A DNA stretch of 32,000 nucleotides from Candidatus Saccharimonadota bacterium (lineage in GTDB: Bacteria > Patescibacteriota > Saccharimonadia > Saccharimonadales > Saccharimonadaceae). The translations under genes and the position numbers were made by a program. How positions within the stretch are numbered: position 1 is the first letter of the stretch; each line of letters starts with the position of its first letter. Of this stretch, positions 8,166-15,123 are shown piece after piece. A model generated the notes under the pieces. The model searched no databases and was not told where the DNA came from. It saw only the letters and a list, made by a program, of their open reading frames with translations. The DNA lies in NCBI GenBank assembly GCA_001897305.1, contig MKSO01000001.1, positions 390,001 through 422,000 on the forward strand, given 5' to 3'.

Positions 8166-9348
8166 CGCTGTCTTTGTCGGTATTGTATTCTGCTAGCCAA
8201 GTATCTTCTTGGCTCTCGGTTTGCGTACGCCAGGCTATGTACGCTTTATTGAATGGCAGGATGTCTTTGTAGCCTACAAAATCGGCTGCTTCACGAATAA
8301 GGCTTCCGAGTACACCAGATATACGGAGCCACTTATACTCGAACAGGGCCCAATGCTTGCCAACTGGAATAACAACCGGTACCACCTTAGCATTTAGCTT
8401 TTTGGTAGATTGACGGAGGATTTGTTTAGCAACATACTGGCCGTCGCGAACGGCAGTTTGAGCCAAGCCTCCAAAGGCGGTAATGGCGTTATCACCAATG
8501 ACGTATACATGGGGGTCGACGCGCAAATGGCCATCAACAACCACTCGCCCATTTGGCGCTAAAGTAAATTGGCTCTCGTTAGCCTTAAAGAACGGGCTAT
8601 TCGCTACACCCGACGTCCATACGACAGTGTGACTTTGGATTGCCCGGCCATTCACAATAAGGCTATCGGCAGTGGCCTCTTCAACTTTCTTATTTGTTTC
8701 AACGTGTACCCCAAGCTTTTTAAGCCGCTTTTCGATAGTAGCGCTTGCCTTCTCGGACATGCGAGGCATCACACGAGGCGCAGCTTCGATAATGCTGATA
8801 GTTGGGTGAGGTTGCGGGTGGCCATATTTCTTTTTTAAGTATTGCAAGTAAGAGCCCAGTGCCGAGGCGAGCTCAACGCCCGTTGGGCCGGCGCCAATAA
8901 TAAGAAAATGACTGTCGGCACCATGCGCTTTTGAGAAACTCCGCAAAAGGTGTTGCTTTAAGTGGGTAATTTCTTCAAGCGATTTTACGCCATAGGTGTA
9001 TTGGTCGAGGCCAGGAATGCCAAAATACGTCGTAACTGAGCCAAGGGCCAGAATGAGTGTCTGATATTGGTGTGTGACACCTGTACTCGTGCCGATTGTT
9101 TTCGCCTGGCGATCTATGGTTGTGACGGTATCAATAATGATTTCAACGTTTTCATAGTCGGCAAAAATTTCCCCTAAAGGTATCCATGACTGCCTATAAC
9201 TCCCGCCCGTAGCGGTGCTATAGAGGGCCGGATAGTATTGAAAATCAAGTTTATCACTAATAAGGGTAACGCGTGCCCTTTTATGTTTTGCAATTTCGAG
9301 CGCAGCCTTAACGCCACCAAATCCACCACCTACAACCGTTACGTGCAT
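8146..9348 (-). CDS. ndh: Type II NADH dehydrogenase (NDH-2, FAD-dependent pyridine nucleotide-disulfide oxidoreductase)
   Basis: Two Rossmann motifs (VTVVGGGFGGV and FLIIGAGPTGVELA) plus VYVIGDNA. I chose the start at ATG 9348 (MHVTVVGGG...) because AGGA lies 7 nt upstream. The ORF track extends to 9417. Confidence 0.88.
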   Translation of the reverse strand: MHVTVVGGGFGGVKAALEIAKHKRARVTLISDKLDFQYYPALYSTATGGSYRQSWIPLGEIFADYENVEIIIDTVTTIDRQAKTIGTSTGVTHQYQTLILALGSVTTYFGIPGLDQYTYGVKSLEEITHLKQHLLRSFSKAHGADSHFLIIGAGPTGVELASALGSYLQYLKKKYGHPQPHPTISIIEAAPRVMPRMSEKASATIEKRLKKLGVHVETNKKVEEATADSLIVNGRAIQSHTVVWTSGVANSPFFKANESQFTLAPNGRVVVDGHLRVDPHVYVIGDNAITAFGGLAQTAVRDGQYVAKQILRQSTKKLNAKVVPVVIPVGKHWALFEYKWLRISGVLGSLIREAADFVGYKDILPFNKAYIAWRTQTESQEDTWLAEYNTDKDSEKAKSL

Positions 9349-9382
9349 AGTCGTATCCTGTTTATGTTTCAAATATATCTGT

Positions 9383-9411
9383 ATGATAGACTGGAATCTT
9401 CTGATATGCAA
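9383..9411 (-). promoter_or_regulatory. Sigma-70-like promoter for ndh
   Basis: The minus strand reads TTGCAT (9411..9406), a 17-nt spacer, then TATCAT (9388..9383), about 35 nt upstream of the ndh ATG. Confidence 0.5.
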
Positions 9412-9533
9412 TACCACTTATCTATACTCTTATATAAAAGTACACATGAGTGACGCCGAAGCGCCTTGCAGGAGCGCTCTCTAGCTGGGTGCTAGATACT
9501 CACTGCAAGACGCCTCGGCTAGGCACATCTTAT

Positions 9534-10991
9534 TCAGTTGTTGGAGGAGGCGCGGCGCCGTGTGTAGCGGACGGCCAGGATGATCAAGCCAGCCATGACC
9601 AGGCCGGCGCCGACGATCCAGATCATCGTCACCAGGCCACCATCCATACCTGTGTTCGGCAGGGACCCACCACCCTTCGGCGGAATGGGCCCGGACGTTG
9701 CACTGCTGGTCGGTGAACCGGTCGGGCTCGGCGTAGCCGTGGGAGATGCCGTGGGAGATGCCGTCGGTGATGGCGTTCCCGTGGGGCTCGCGGTCGGCGA
9801 CGGGGTTGTCGTCGGCGTAGCCGTGGGGGTGGGCGTCGCGGTCGGGCTCGGCGTAGCGGTGGGAGATGTCGTCGGTGACGGCGTGTTCGAACCCGTTGGT
9901 GACGGGCTGGGCGACGTGGTGGTTGTGCCACATGTCAGGGTGCCCAAGAACGGGTAGTGGTGCTGTTCACCGATGTTGGTGATGTTCAGCGACCCGGCGA
10001 TGATCTGCCCCTCGATGTTGTTGGTGATGTTCACCTTCAACGAGCCGTTGGGCGCGAAGAACGTTCCCTGCATCAGACTGTTGGTCTGTAGGGTGACGTT
10101 CGTGCCCAGGTTCCAGAGCAAGCCAGCCAGACCGGCTCGCTTGTCACCGTTGACCAGGACGTTGTTCGGTTGAAGCGTTCCGTTGCCGGTGACGTTGATC
10201 ACCAGCGGGTGCGAGGCGCTCGGGTTGACGCCGTTGTAGAAGCTGATCTCGGCGATCGAGTTCAGCTCGGCAACCGACACTGTCCAGATGTTCTGTGAAA
10301 CCGACGGGTCGAGTTCGACGCGGATCTTCTTGCCTGCTAGGCTGCCGCCCACAGGGATGACCTTGTCGCTGTTGTCGATGTCGTGCAGCTTCAGTCCGTC
10401 CGTGGTCGGCTGGGTCGCCAGGCAGCTGTTCAGCTGCTTGAAGCGCGTCAGCGCATCACCGAAGACGTCGTTGAAGACGCCGGGGGCTTGCAGGCTGTTG
10501 ATGGCCTGGTCGCCGCCGTTGACGAAGATGCGTGGTGTGCTGTTGATGTCGGCTCCGGCGACGGTGATCGCCCGGTTGGTGCCGTTGGCCTGCATCTGCA
10601 GACCGGCCGCATTACCCAGGTAGACATGACCGCCGTTGTTGATCATCATGGTGCCCGACGAATCGCCGAGCACCACTGTTCCACCAGCGAGCAGACCCAC
10701 CCGCGAATCCCCCGGGATCGACCCGAGGTCTTGGGCTTGGCCGACTCCCCAGCGGAAGCTGTTGAAGCGGACGTCGCCACCGACGGCAGCCGCGCCTTCG
10801 CTCTCGTTGCCCGAGAAGTAGGCGTTGCCTTCGACGATGGTGTCGAAGCCGTGGCTGTCCTGTGCGAAGTTCACCGAGTTCGGTGTCGCAGTGGGCGCTG
10901 CCAGGGCGGCGTTGGTGGATGCGATTCCCAGACCGGCCAGAAGACCGGCGGTGATCACGATCGTGATCCCGTTAGCGGAGAGCTTTTTCAA
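9534..10991 (-). CDS. Secreted LPXTG cell-wall-anchored surface protein. The N-terminal domain resembles the choice-of-anchor A family and is followed by a Pro/Thr/Ser stalk.
   Basis: TTG start 9 nt downstream of AAGGAGG (11001..11007). Sec signal peptide (MKKLSANGITIVITAGLLAGLGIASTNAALA|AP). About 320 aa are rich in G/N/V, with NESEGAAAVGGDVRF. The sorting signal is LPNTG (9648..9662), a hydrophobic helix and RYTRRRASSNN. Third codon positions are strongly G/C-biased. Confidence 0.85.
   Translation of the reverse strand: MKKLSANGITIVITAGLLAGLGIASTNAALAAPTATPNSVNFAQDSHGFDTIVEGNAYFSGNESEGAAAVGGDVRFNSFRWGVGQAQDLGSIPGDSRVGLLAGGTVVLGDSSGTMMINNGGHVYLGNAAGLQMQANGTNRAITVAGADINSTPRIFVNGGDQAINSLQAPGVFNDVFGDALTRFKQLNSCLATQPTTDGLKLHDIDNSDKVIPVGGSLAGKKIRVELDPSVSQNIWTVSVAELNSIAEISFYNGVNPSASHPLVINVTGNGTLQPNNVLVNGDKRAGLAGLLWNLGTNVTLQTNSLMQGTFFAPNGSLKVNITNNIEGQIIAGSLNITNIGEQHHYPFLGTLTCGTTTTSPSPSPTGSNTPSPTTSPTATPSPTATPTPTATPTTTPSPTASPTGTPSPTASPTASPTATPSPTGSPTSSATSGPIPPKGGGSLPNTGMDGGLVTMIWIVGAGLVMAGLIILAVRYTRRRASSNN
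9708..9926 (-). repeat. Coding low-complexity/tandem-repeat tract (Pro-Thr-Ser stalk)
   Basis: Encodes about 73 aa of (S/T)PT(A/G)(S/T)P-type repeats. At the DNA level, GTCGGGCTCGGCGTAGCCGTGGGAGATG (9721..9748) recurs at 9841..9868 with 1 mismatch. A 12-nt unit (CCGTGGGAGATG) is tandemly duplicated at 9737..9760. Confidence 0.85.
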
Positions 10992-11161
10992 GGCTCACCA
11001 CCTCCTTAACTGTAGATGTGAATGTGCGAGGCTTTCCGTTTAGGGCATGGCGGGTACGTACGCCGTCATGTCAAGAAAGCCAATGTGTACAAAGAGGCCT
11101 TGTGGGCAATAACACACAATGAATAGTTATATCATAAAAATAACAAAAAGTCACGCTTTAC

Positions 11162-11190
11162 TGGACACGGTAACATGTTTGTGCTATAAT
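11162..11190 (+). promoter_or_regulatory. Strong sigma-70-like promoter (extended -10) for the DEAD-box helicase gene
   Basis: TGGACA (11162..11167), a 17-nt spacer, then TG-C-TATAAT (TATAAT at 11185..11190). This implies a 5' UTR of about 145 nt before ATG 11342. Confidence 0.6.
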
Positions 11191-11341
11191 GAAGATATTG
11201 CATCCGAATGGATACCGCTATGGTCTTCAGGGGTTTGGTTCTGTCCTCTCCCGTATTGAAACTGAAGTATTTAAGGTACTCGCTGTTCGTCTGCAGCGAA
11301 AACATATTCTAAAGTAACCCCAGAAAGGGGCATTTGCCATT

Positions 11342-12583
11342 ATGGCCTATCAAAATTCTACTTCAAATCGTAACCGTTCAGCACGCCCTAGCGGCAATCG
11401 TCCAGGCGTTCGCTCGTTCCGCCCTGGTAAGGGTCCTCGTACTGGTGGCTCAAAACAGCGTCGTGGCGCGTATATTCACCCAAGCAAGTTTATTAATAAA
11501 GCGACTATCTTGCCGGGTGAAGAAGCTCCATACGAGCCAACTCACCTCTTTACAGACTTTAATTTCGTTCCCGCTTTGCAAAAGAACATCGACCACAAGG
11601 GCTACGTTAAGCCAAGTGCTATACAAGACCAGTCTATCGCTTTAACTATGCAAGGCCACGATGTTATTGGCTTGGCAAATACTGGTACGGGTAAAACCGC
11701 CGCTTTCTTGTTGCCTATTATTGACGCGCTGTATGCTAATCGTGATCTAAATTCGGTGCTTATTGTGGCCCCAACCCGCGAACTTGCTCAGCAAATTGAT
11801 GAACAATTCCGTGATTTCTCATACAACATGAAACTCTACTCGACGCTCATTGTTGGTGGGACGAACATGGATCGTCAAATCCGCCAGCTACAGCGAGGAC
11901 CCCATGTTATTATCGGTACTCCGGGTCGTCTTATGGACCTCGTTAAACGCGGAAACCTTAAACTTGATGCCGTTAAAACACTTGTACTCGATGAAGCTGA
12001 CCGCATGCTTGATATGGGCTTTATTAATGACATTCGTACGCTTGTTTCTAAAACACCAAGCGACCGTCAAACCCTTTTCTTCAGTGCTACGATTACCCCT
12101 TCTATTGCCGAACTTACCAAAGAGTTTTTGAATAACCCGCAAACTGTCTCGGTGCGTACCGCTGATACTAGCGATCGCGTAGACCAAGATATTGTTGAGG
12201 CTTCTGGTAAAGAAGAGAAACTCGAAACACTATTAAACCTTCTTTCAAATGAAGAGTTTGAAAAAGTATTAGTTTTCGGTGAAACCAAGTTTGGTGTTCA
12301 GCGCTTGTCTGACCACCTTGATAAAAGCGGTGTTGCTTCGGTGGCTATTCATGGTAATAAGTCACAATCACAGCGTCAGCGTGCTCTAAATGCCTTTAAG
12401 GACAATAAAGTACGCGTAATGGTGGCAACTGATGTTGCGGCCCGTGGCCTCGATATACCTAATGTTAGCCACGTTATTAACTTCGACCAACCTGCTACCT
12501 ACGAAGACTACGTTCACCGTATTGGTCGTACTGGCCGCGGTGGTGCGACCGGTAAAGCACTTACCTTCGTCGACAAGCGCTAA
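11342..12583 (+). CDS. DEAD-box ATP-dependent RNA helicase with an Arg/Gly-rich N-terminal extension
   Basis: 413 aa. Motifs: Q (PSAIQ), I (ANTGTGKT), II (DEAD), III (SAT) and VI (HRIGRTGRGG). Confidence 0.93.
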   Translation: MAYQNSTSNRNRSARPSGNRPGVRSFRPGKGPRTGGSKQRRGAYIHPSKFINKATILPGEEAPYEPTHLFTDFNFVPALQKNIDHKGYVKPSAIQDQSIALTMQGHDVIGLANTGTGKTAAFLLPIIDALYANRDLNSVLIVAPTRELAQQIDEQFRDFSYNMKLYSTLIVGGTNMDRQIRQLQRGPHVIIGTPGRLMDLVKRGNLKLDAVKTLVLDEADRMLDMGFINDIRTLVSKTPSDRQTLFFSATITPSIAELTKEFLNNPQTVSVRTADTSDRVDQDIVEASGKEEKLETLLNLLSNEEFEKVLVFGETKFGVQRLSDHLDKSGVASVAIHGNKSQSQRQRALNAFKDNKVRVMVATDVAARGLDIPNVSHVINFDQPATYEDYVHRIGRTGRGGATGKALTFVDKR

Positions 12584-12586
12584 TTC

Positions 12587-14044
12587 TTATTGCAGCGCCG
12601 ATGTGAGGCGTGCCACACTATCAAGGAATGCCTGCCAGACGCTACGCTGTTTCCAAGTTTCAAGGTGAATGGTATGCGCATGCTGTAATAAGGCGTCGTG
12701 ATGCTTAGTGAGATAGCGAGCTGTTTTTGCATCGTATGCTACTACCACGCACTCAAGATTCAATTCAAAAGAACGAATATCAAGGTTGCTTGAGCCGATA
12801 ATAGCTACTTCGTTATCTACGGAAATAAACTTTTCGTGGACAAGCTGCGGTTTCTTGTAAAGAGAGATGACTGCTCCAGCTTTTATAAGCTCTTCGTAAT
12901 ATGAACGCTGGGCGTGACCAACCATCCATTGATCCATAGCTTCGGAGTTAAGAATAGAGACGCGCACCCCGCGCTGTGCCGCTGAAACAAGCGCGCCTAA
13001 TAGCGACTCATCCGGTACGAGGTAAGGGTTAGTGATAATAACACTTTTTCGGGCTGACTGAATCAGCGAATTAAGCAGTCGTAAATTGTTTTGATACGGA
13101 TAGTTCGAACCGCTCGGCACAATTTGTACAATGCTATCTCCTTTTGTAGCTGGGGCTGGGTTTTTCATGAAATGATGCAAAAATTCACCGGTTTCGAGGT
13201 ACCAGTCGCTGGCGAATACTGCCGCAGAGTCATTCACGCTCGGACCCTGTAGGTGTGCGACCAGTTCAATATAACTAATACTATCCTTGCGATGGTAAGT
13301 TTTATCAATCATATTAAACGACCCCATATAAGCATCGGTATTATCAATAACAACGATTTTACGGTGGTTGCGTAGGTCAATACGGTTATATTTGCGAGGG
13401 TTAAAGCTTACGGGTAAAATCTTACGCCACGCAATGCCCGATGCTGTTAAACGGCGCATCATGGCATGAAAATACGGAAACTTACGTGACCCCCAGGCGT
13501 CGAACAGTACACGCACAATCACACCGCGTTGCACGGCAGCCTCAAGTGCCTGAAAGAAAGGTTCGGTCGCGTCGTCCATGGCAAGTATATAGAATTCAAC
13601 ATATACGTATTCGCGAGCCTGATTAACTTTTTCTACCAGTTCTTCAATAAGGTTATCGTACCCACTCATAATACTGATACGATTGCGGTCGGTTGGCGCT
13701 AGTGAAGTAAATGCTTCGCCTAGGCGGGCTTGAATATCGTGAGGTTTACCGACTTTTGCTACCAGACCCTTTCGTTTTAATTCGGTAGTATAGCGTTTGA
13801 GCATTTGGTTGATTTGGGTCTGCTGGCGCCGGCGTCGACGAGATAGCTTGGTACTTCCGAGAATAAAGAAAAGGATCGTACCAAACAGCGGAATAATAAA
13901 TATAAGTAACAGCCATGACATAGCGGCGGTCGGTTTACGGTTCTTAGGAATGTATATAAGCAAACAAACACGAATAATAAAGTCGGCTATGTAGAGAACG
14001 GCTGCAATAGCCCAGGCAATCATTTGATAATCATGCTCACTCAT
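12587..14044 (-). CDS. cls: Cardiolipin synthase (phospholipase D superfamily)
   Basis: 485 aa with two N-terminal TM helices and two HKD motifs (HRKIVVID...GSFN and HEKFISVD...GSSN). Confidence 0.9.
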   Translation of the reverse strand: MSEHDYQMIAWAIAAVLYIADFIIRVCLLIYIPKNRKPTAAMSWLLLIFIIPLFGTILFFILGSTKLSRRRRRQQTQINQMLKRYTTELKRKGLVAKVGKPHDIQARLGEAFTSLAPTDRNRISIMSGYDNLIEELVEKVNQAREYVYVEFYILAMDDATEPFFQALEAAVQRGVIVRVLFDAWGSRKFPYFHAMMRRLTASGIAWRKILPVSFNPRKYNRIDLRNHRKIVVIDNTDAYMGSFNMIDKTYHRKDSISYIELVAHLQGPSVNDSAAVFASDWYLETGEFLHHFMKNPAPATKGDSIVQIVPSGSNYPYQNNLRLLNSLIQSARKSVIITNPYLVPDESLLGALVSAAQRGVRVSILNSEAMDQWMVGHAQRSYYEELIKAGAVISLYKKPQLVHEKFISVDNEVAIIGSSNLDIRSFELNLECVVVAYDAKTARYLTKHHDALLQHAHTIHLETWKQRSVWQAFLDSVARLTSALQ

Positions 14045-14062
14045 GTGAGCTTAGTGTAGCAA

Positions 14063-14797
14063 TTAGTAGCGGGTTTGGCTATGAAACAACAGCACCCATT
14101 GATCAAGGGTTAGCCTCGATGGTGATAAGCCTGGAGTTGCTCCGATGATATGAAGCGGCATGCGGGCCAGTTTTTTGGGGTCAGAAAAGCATTCTTCGGT
14201 GAAGCGAATATATGCAGGAATACGTTCCGGTTTTACTAGTGGGGTTGGTCGTTTGGTAATACCAATAAATACCGTATCAACGGCCGGGTGAGGCCAGAAA
14301 TCCGTTTTACGGAGGCTTTTGAGTATTTTTACAGAGTATTCGATGCCTATGATCATACCTAGTTGGCTGGTGAATCGGCCCGGCTCATTGGCAACTAACT
14401 TTTGGCCAAACTGTTTTTGAACGATTAAATAAGCGGCTTCGAGGCCCGTTGGGGTATTACTAAAAGCTCGAACAATTGGTGAGCTAAGGTGAAAAGGAAT
14501 ATTGGCAACGATGGTGTACGGTGTTTTGGGGAACTTGACCGTAAGAATATCGGCTGCTTTGATTTCGACGTTTGGAAGCGAGGCGACGTTCCTTTTTAAA
14601 AGTTCAATAGTAGCTGGCTCTTGCTCTACGGCAATGACTTTCTTTACTTTTTTGGCAACTACGGAAGTAATAACGCCGCTTCCCGCCCCTAGGTCGTATA
14701 CTGTCGCTTCGTTGGTGAGGGGTACTTTTTTTAAGAGTTGCTCAACAAGCGCTGGCGAGCGGAGGAAATTCTGTGAGTATTCGTGACGGCGTTTCAT
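14063..14797 (-). CDS. erm: Erm-type 23S rRNA (adenine-N6)-methyltransferase (RrnaAD family)
   Basis: From ATG 14797 the product is 244 aa, matching ErmB/ErmC size. SQNFL starts about 7 aa from the N-terminus. Other matches: TVYDLGAGSGVIT (cf. ErmB TVYEIGTGKGHLT), DILTVKFPKTPYTIVANIPFHLSSPIV (cf. [28 protein letters not shown]), and FWPHPAVDTVFIGITKR (cf. FHPKPKVNSVLIKLTRH). The ORF stays open in frame up to ATG 14890, so the start is uncertain. Confidence 0.7.
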   Translation of the reverse strand: MKRRHEYSQNFLRSPALVEQLLKKVPLTNEATVYDLGAGSGVITSVVAKKVKKVIAVEQEPATIELLKRNVASLPNVEIKAADILTVKFPKTPYTIVANIPFHLSSPIVRAFSNTPTGLEAAYLIVQKQFGQKLVANEPGRFTSQLGMIIGIEYSVKILKSLRKTDFWPHPAVDTVFIGITKRPTPLVKPERIPAYIRFTEECFSDPKKLARMPLHIIGATPGLSPSRLTLDQWVLLFHSQTRY

Positions 14798-14901
14798 TCT
14801 AGTATGTATTATGTCATGTTTTTCATCGCTTTCCGCTGTTAAAATGCTTGACACCCCAACTAATGCCGGGAGTACAATAAGAGTAGTCATGTGAGTACTT
14901 C

Positions 14902-15123
14902 TTAGCCGTAAGGCGATAGATTTCCACCCACAGGCTTAATCGAACGGTGAAGTTCCTCGATCTTTTCAAGGAAATAGCCATCAGAAGCCACCAACGACGT
15001 TACGCACACTGGCCTGCGAGCCCCCAGCGGGGAAAGCCAAGCGCCCCTGACGGTCGTACACAATTCTACGTGATATTTGGTAAAAAGGGCGTCCGGTCGA
15101 ACGGTCCAAACTCCCCTCTCCAA
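14902..15123 (-). CDS. Hypothetical 73-codon ORF in a GC-rich, structure-prone region (it may instead be a leader or ncRNA)
   Basis: TTG start (15123..15121) 5 nt downstream of GGAGGA (15134..15129). I recognise no family. There is a local G+C spike (41/60 at 15001-15060). The ORF ends 12 nt before ATG 14890. Confidence 0.3.
   Translation of the reverse strand: MERGVWTVRPDALFTKYHVELCTTVRGAWLSPLGARRPVCVTSLVASDGYFLEKIEELHRSIKPVGGNLSPYG

Larger units (their letters stand above)
9447..11070. other. Compositional island (about 65% G+C against mid-40s flanks), putatively horizontally acquired, single gene
   Basis: Hand counts of G+C per 60 nt are 40 (9541-9600) and 39 (10381-10440) inside. Outside they are 17 (9361-9420), 26 (8161-8220) and 28 (11341-11400). 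Boundaries are abrupt (about +/-30 nt). No mobility genes, tRNA or clear direct repeats are present. Confidence 0.8.

Noticed and set aside
762-8838. Many 60-110 aa ORFs nested antisense or out of frame within the reductase, ApbE, cyoA/B/C/E and ndh genes. Examples: 1161..1640, 4632..4895, 5805..6077, 7354..7617, 8569..8838.
   Set aside because: Each is fully contained in a longer ORF with strong family motifs. They lack ribosome-binding sites and recognisable domains.
9481-11043. Numerous long ORFs on both strands and in alternative frames inside the island. Examples: 10383..11009 (plus, 208 aa), 9580..9957 (plus, 125 aa), 9481..9933 (minus, 150 aa), 9629..9931 (minus, 100 aa, Arg/Pro-rich).
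   Set aside because: High G+C depletes stop codons, so shadow ORFs are expected. Their products are low-complexity Arg/Pro/Gly strings without signals. The 485-aa frame alone has an SD, a signal peptide, domain logic and an LPXTG terminus.
11047-11112. 21-codon plus-strand micro-ORF (MAGTYAVMSRKPMCTKRPCGQ) at the right edge of the island, and the minus-strand TTGACA at 11074..11069.
   Set aside because: There is no SD for the micro-ORF. The TTGACA has no acceptable -10 hexamer at 16-19 nt spacing, so I could call neither a gene nor a promoter.
9421-11160. Possible target-site duplication or att-like repeats flanking the island: TTATATAAAAGTACAC at 9430-9445 against TTATATCATAAAAATAACAAAAAGTCAC at about 11127-11154.
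   Set aside because: Only short interrupted matches (TTATAT, AAAAGT, CAC) occur in AT-rich DNA. The right copy is about 60 nt from the compositional boundary. This is indistinguishable from chance.
11334-11645. 103-aa ORF in an alternative frame overlapping the 5' end of the DEAD-box helicase gene.
   Set aside because: It lies entirely within the helicase gene. The helicase frame carries all diagnostic motifs, and the alternative product has no features.
14798-14890. N-terminal 31-codon extension of the erm-like ORF (MTTLIVLPALVGVSSILTAESDEKHDIIHTR).
   Set aside because: Classical Erm proteins start about 7-10 residues before SQNFL, and ATG 14797 gives a canonical 244-aa product. The extension has no recognisable function, so I did not use it as the primary start. 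It stays open as an alternative or as part of a leader.
15090-15116. The minus-strand sequence GGGGAGUUUGGACCGUUCGACCGGACG resembles the 5' end of tmRNA (compare GGGGACGUUACGGAUUCGACAGGGAU in B. subtilis). A PK1-like pseudoknot lies downstream.
   Set aside because: I found no tRNA-like 3' domain (T-arm GGUUCGAnUCC plus an acceptor strand ending UCCACCA) in the 320 nt before the erm-like coding region, or overlapping it. The only in-frame tag-like reading (...VVGGF) is atypical. A covariance-model search (tmRNA, Rfam RF00023) would settle the question.
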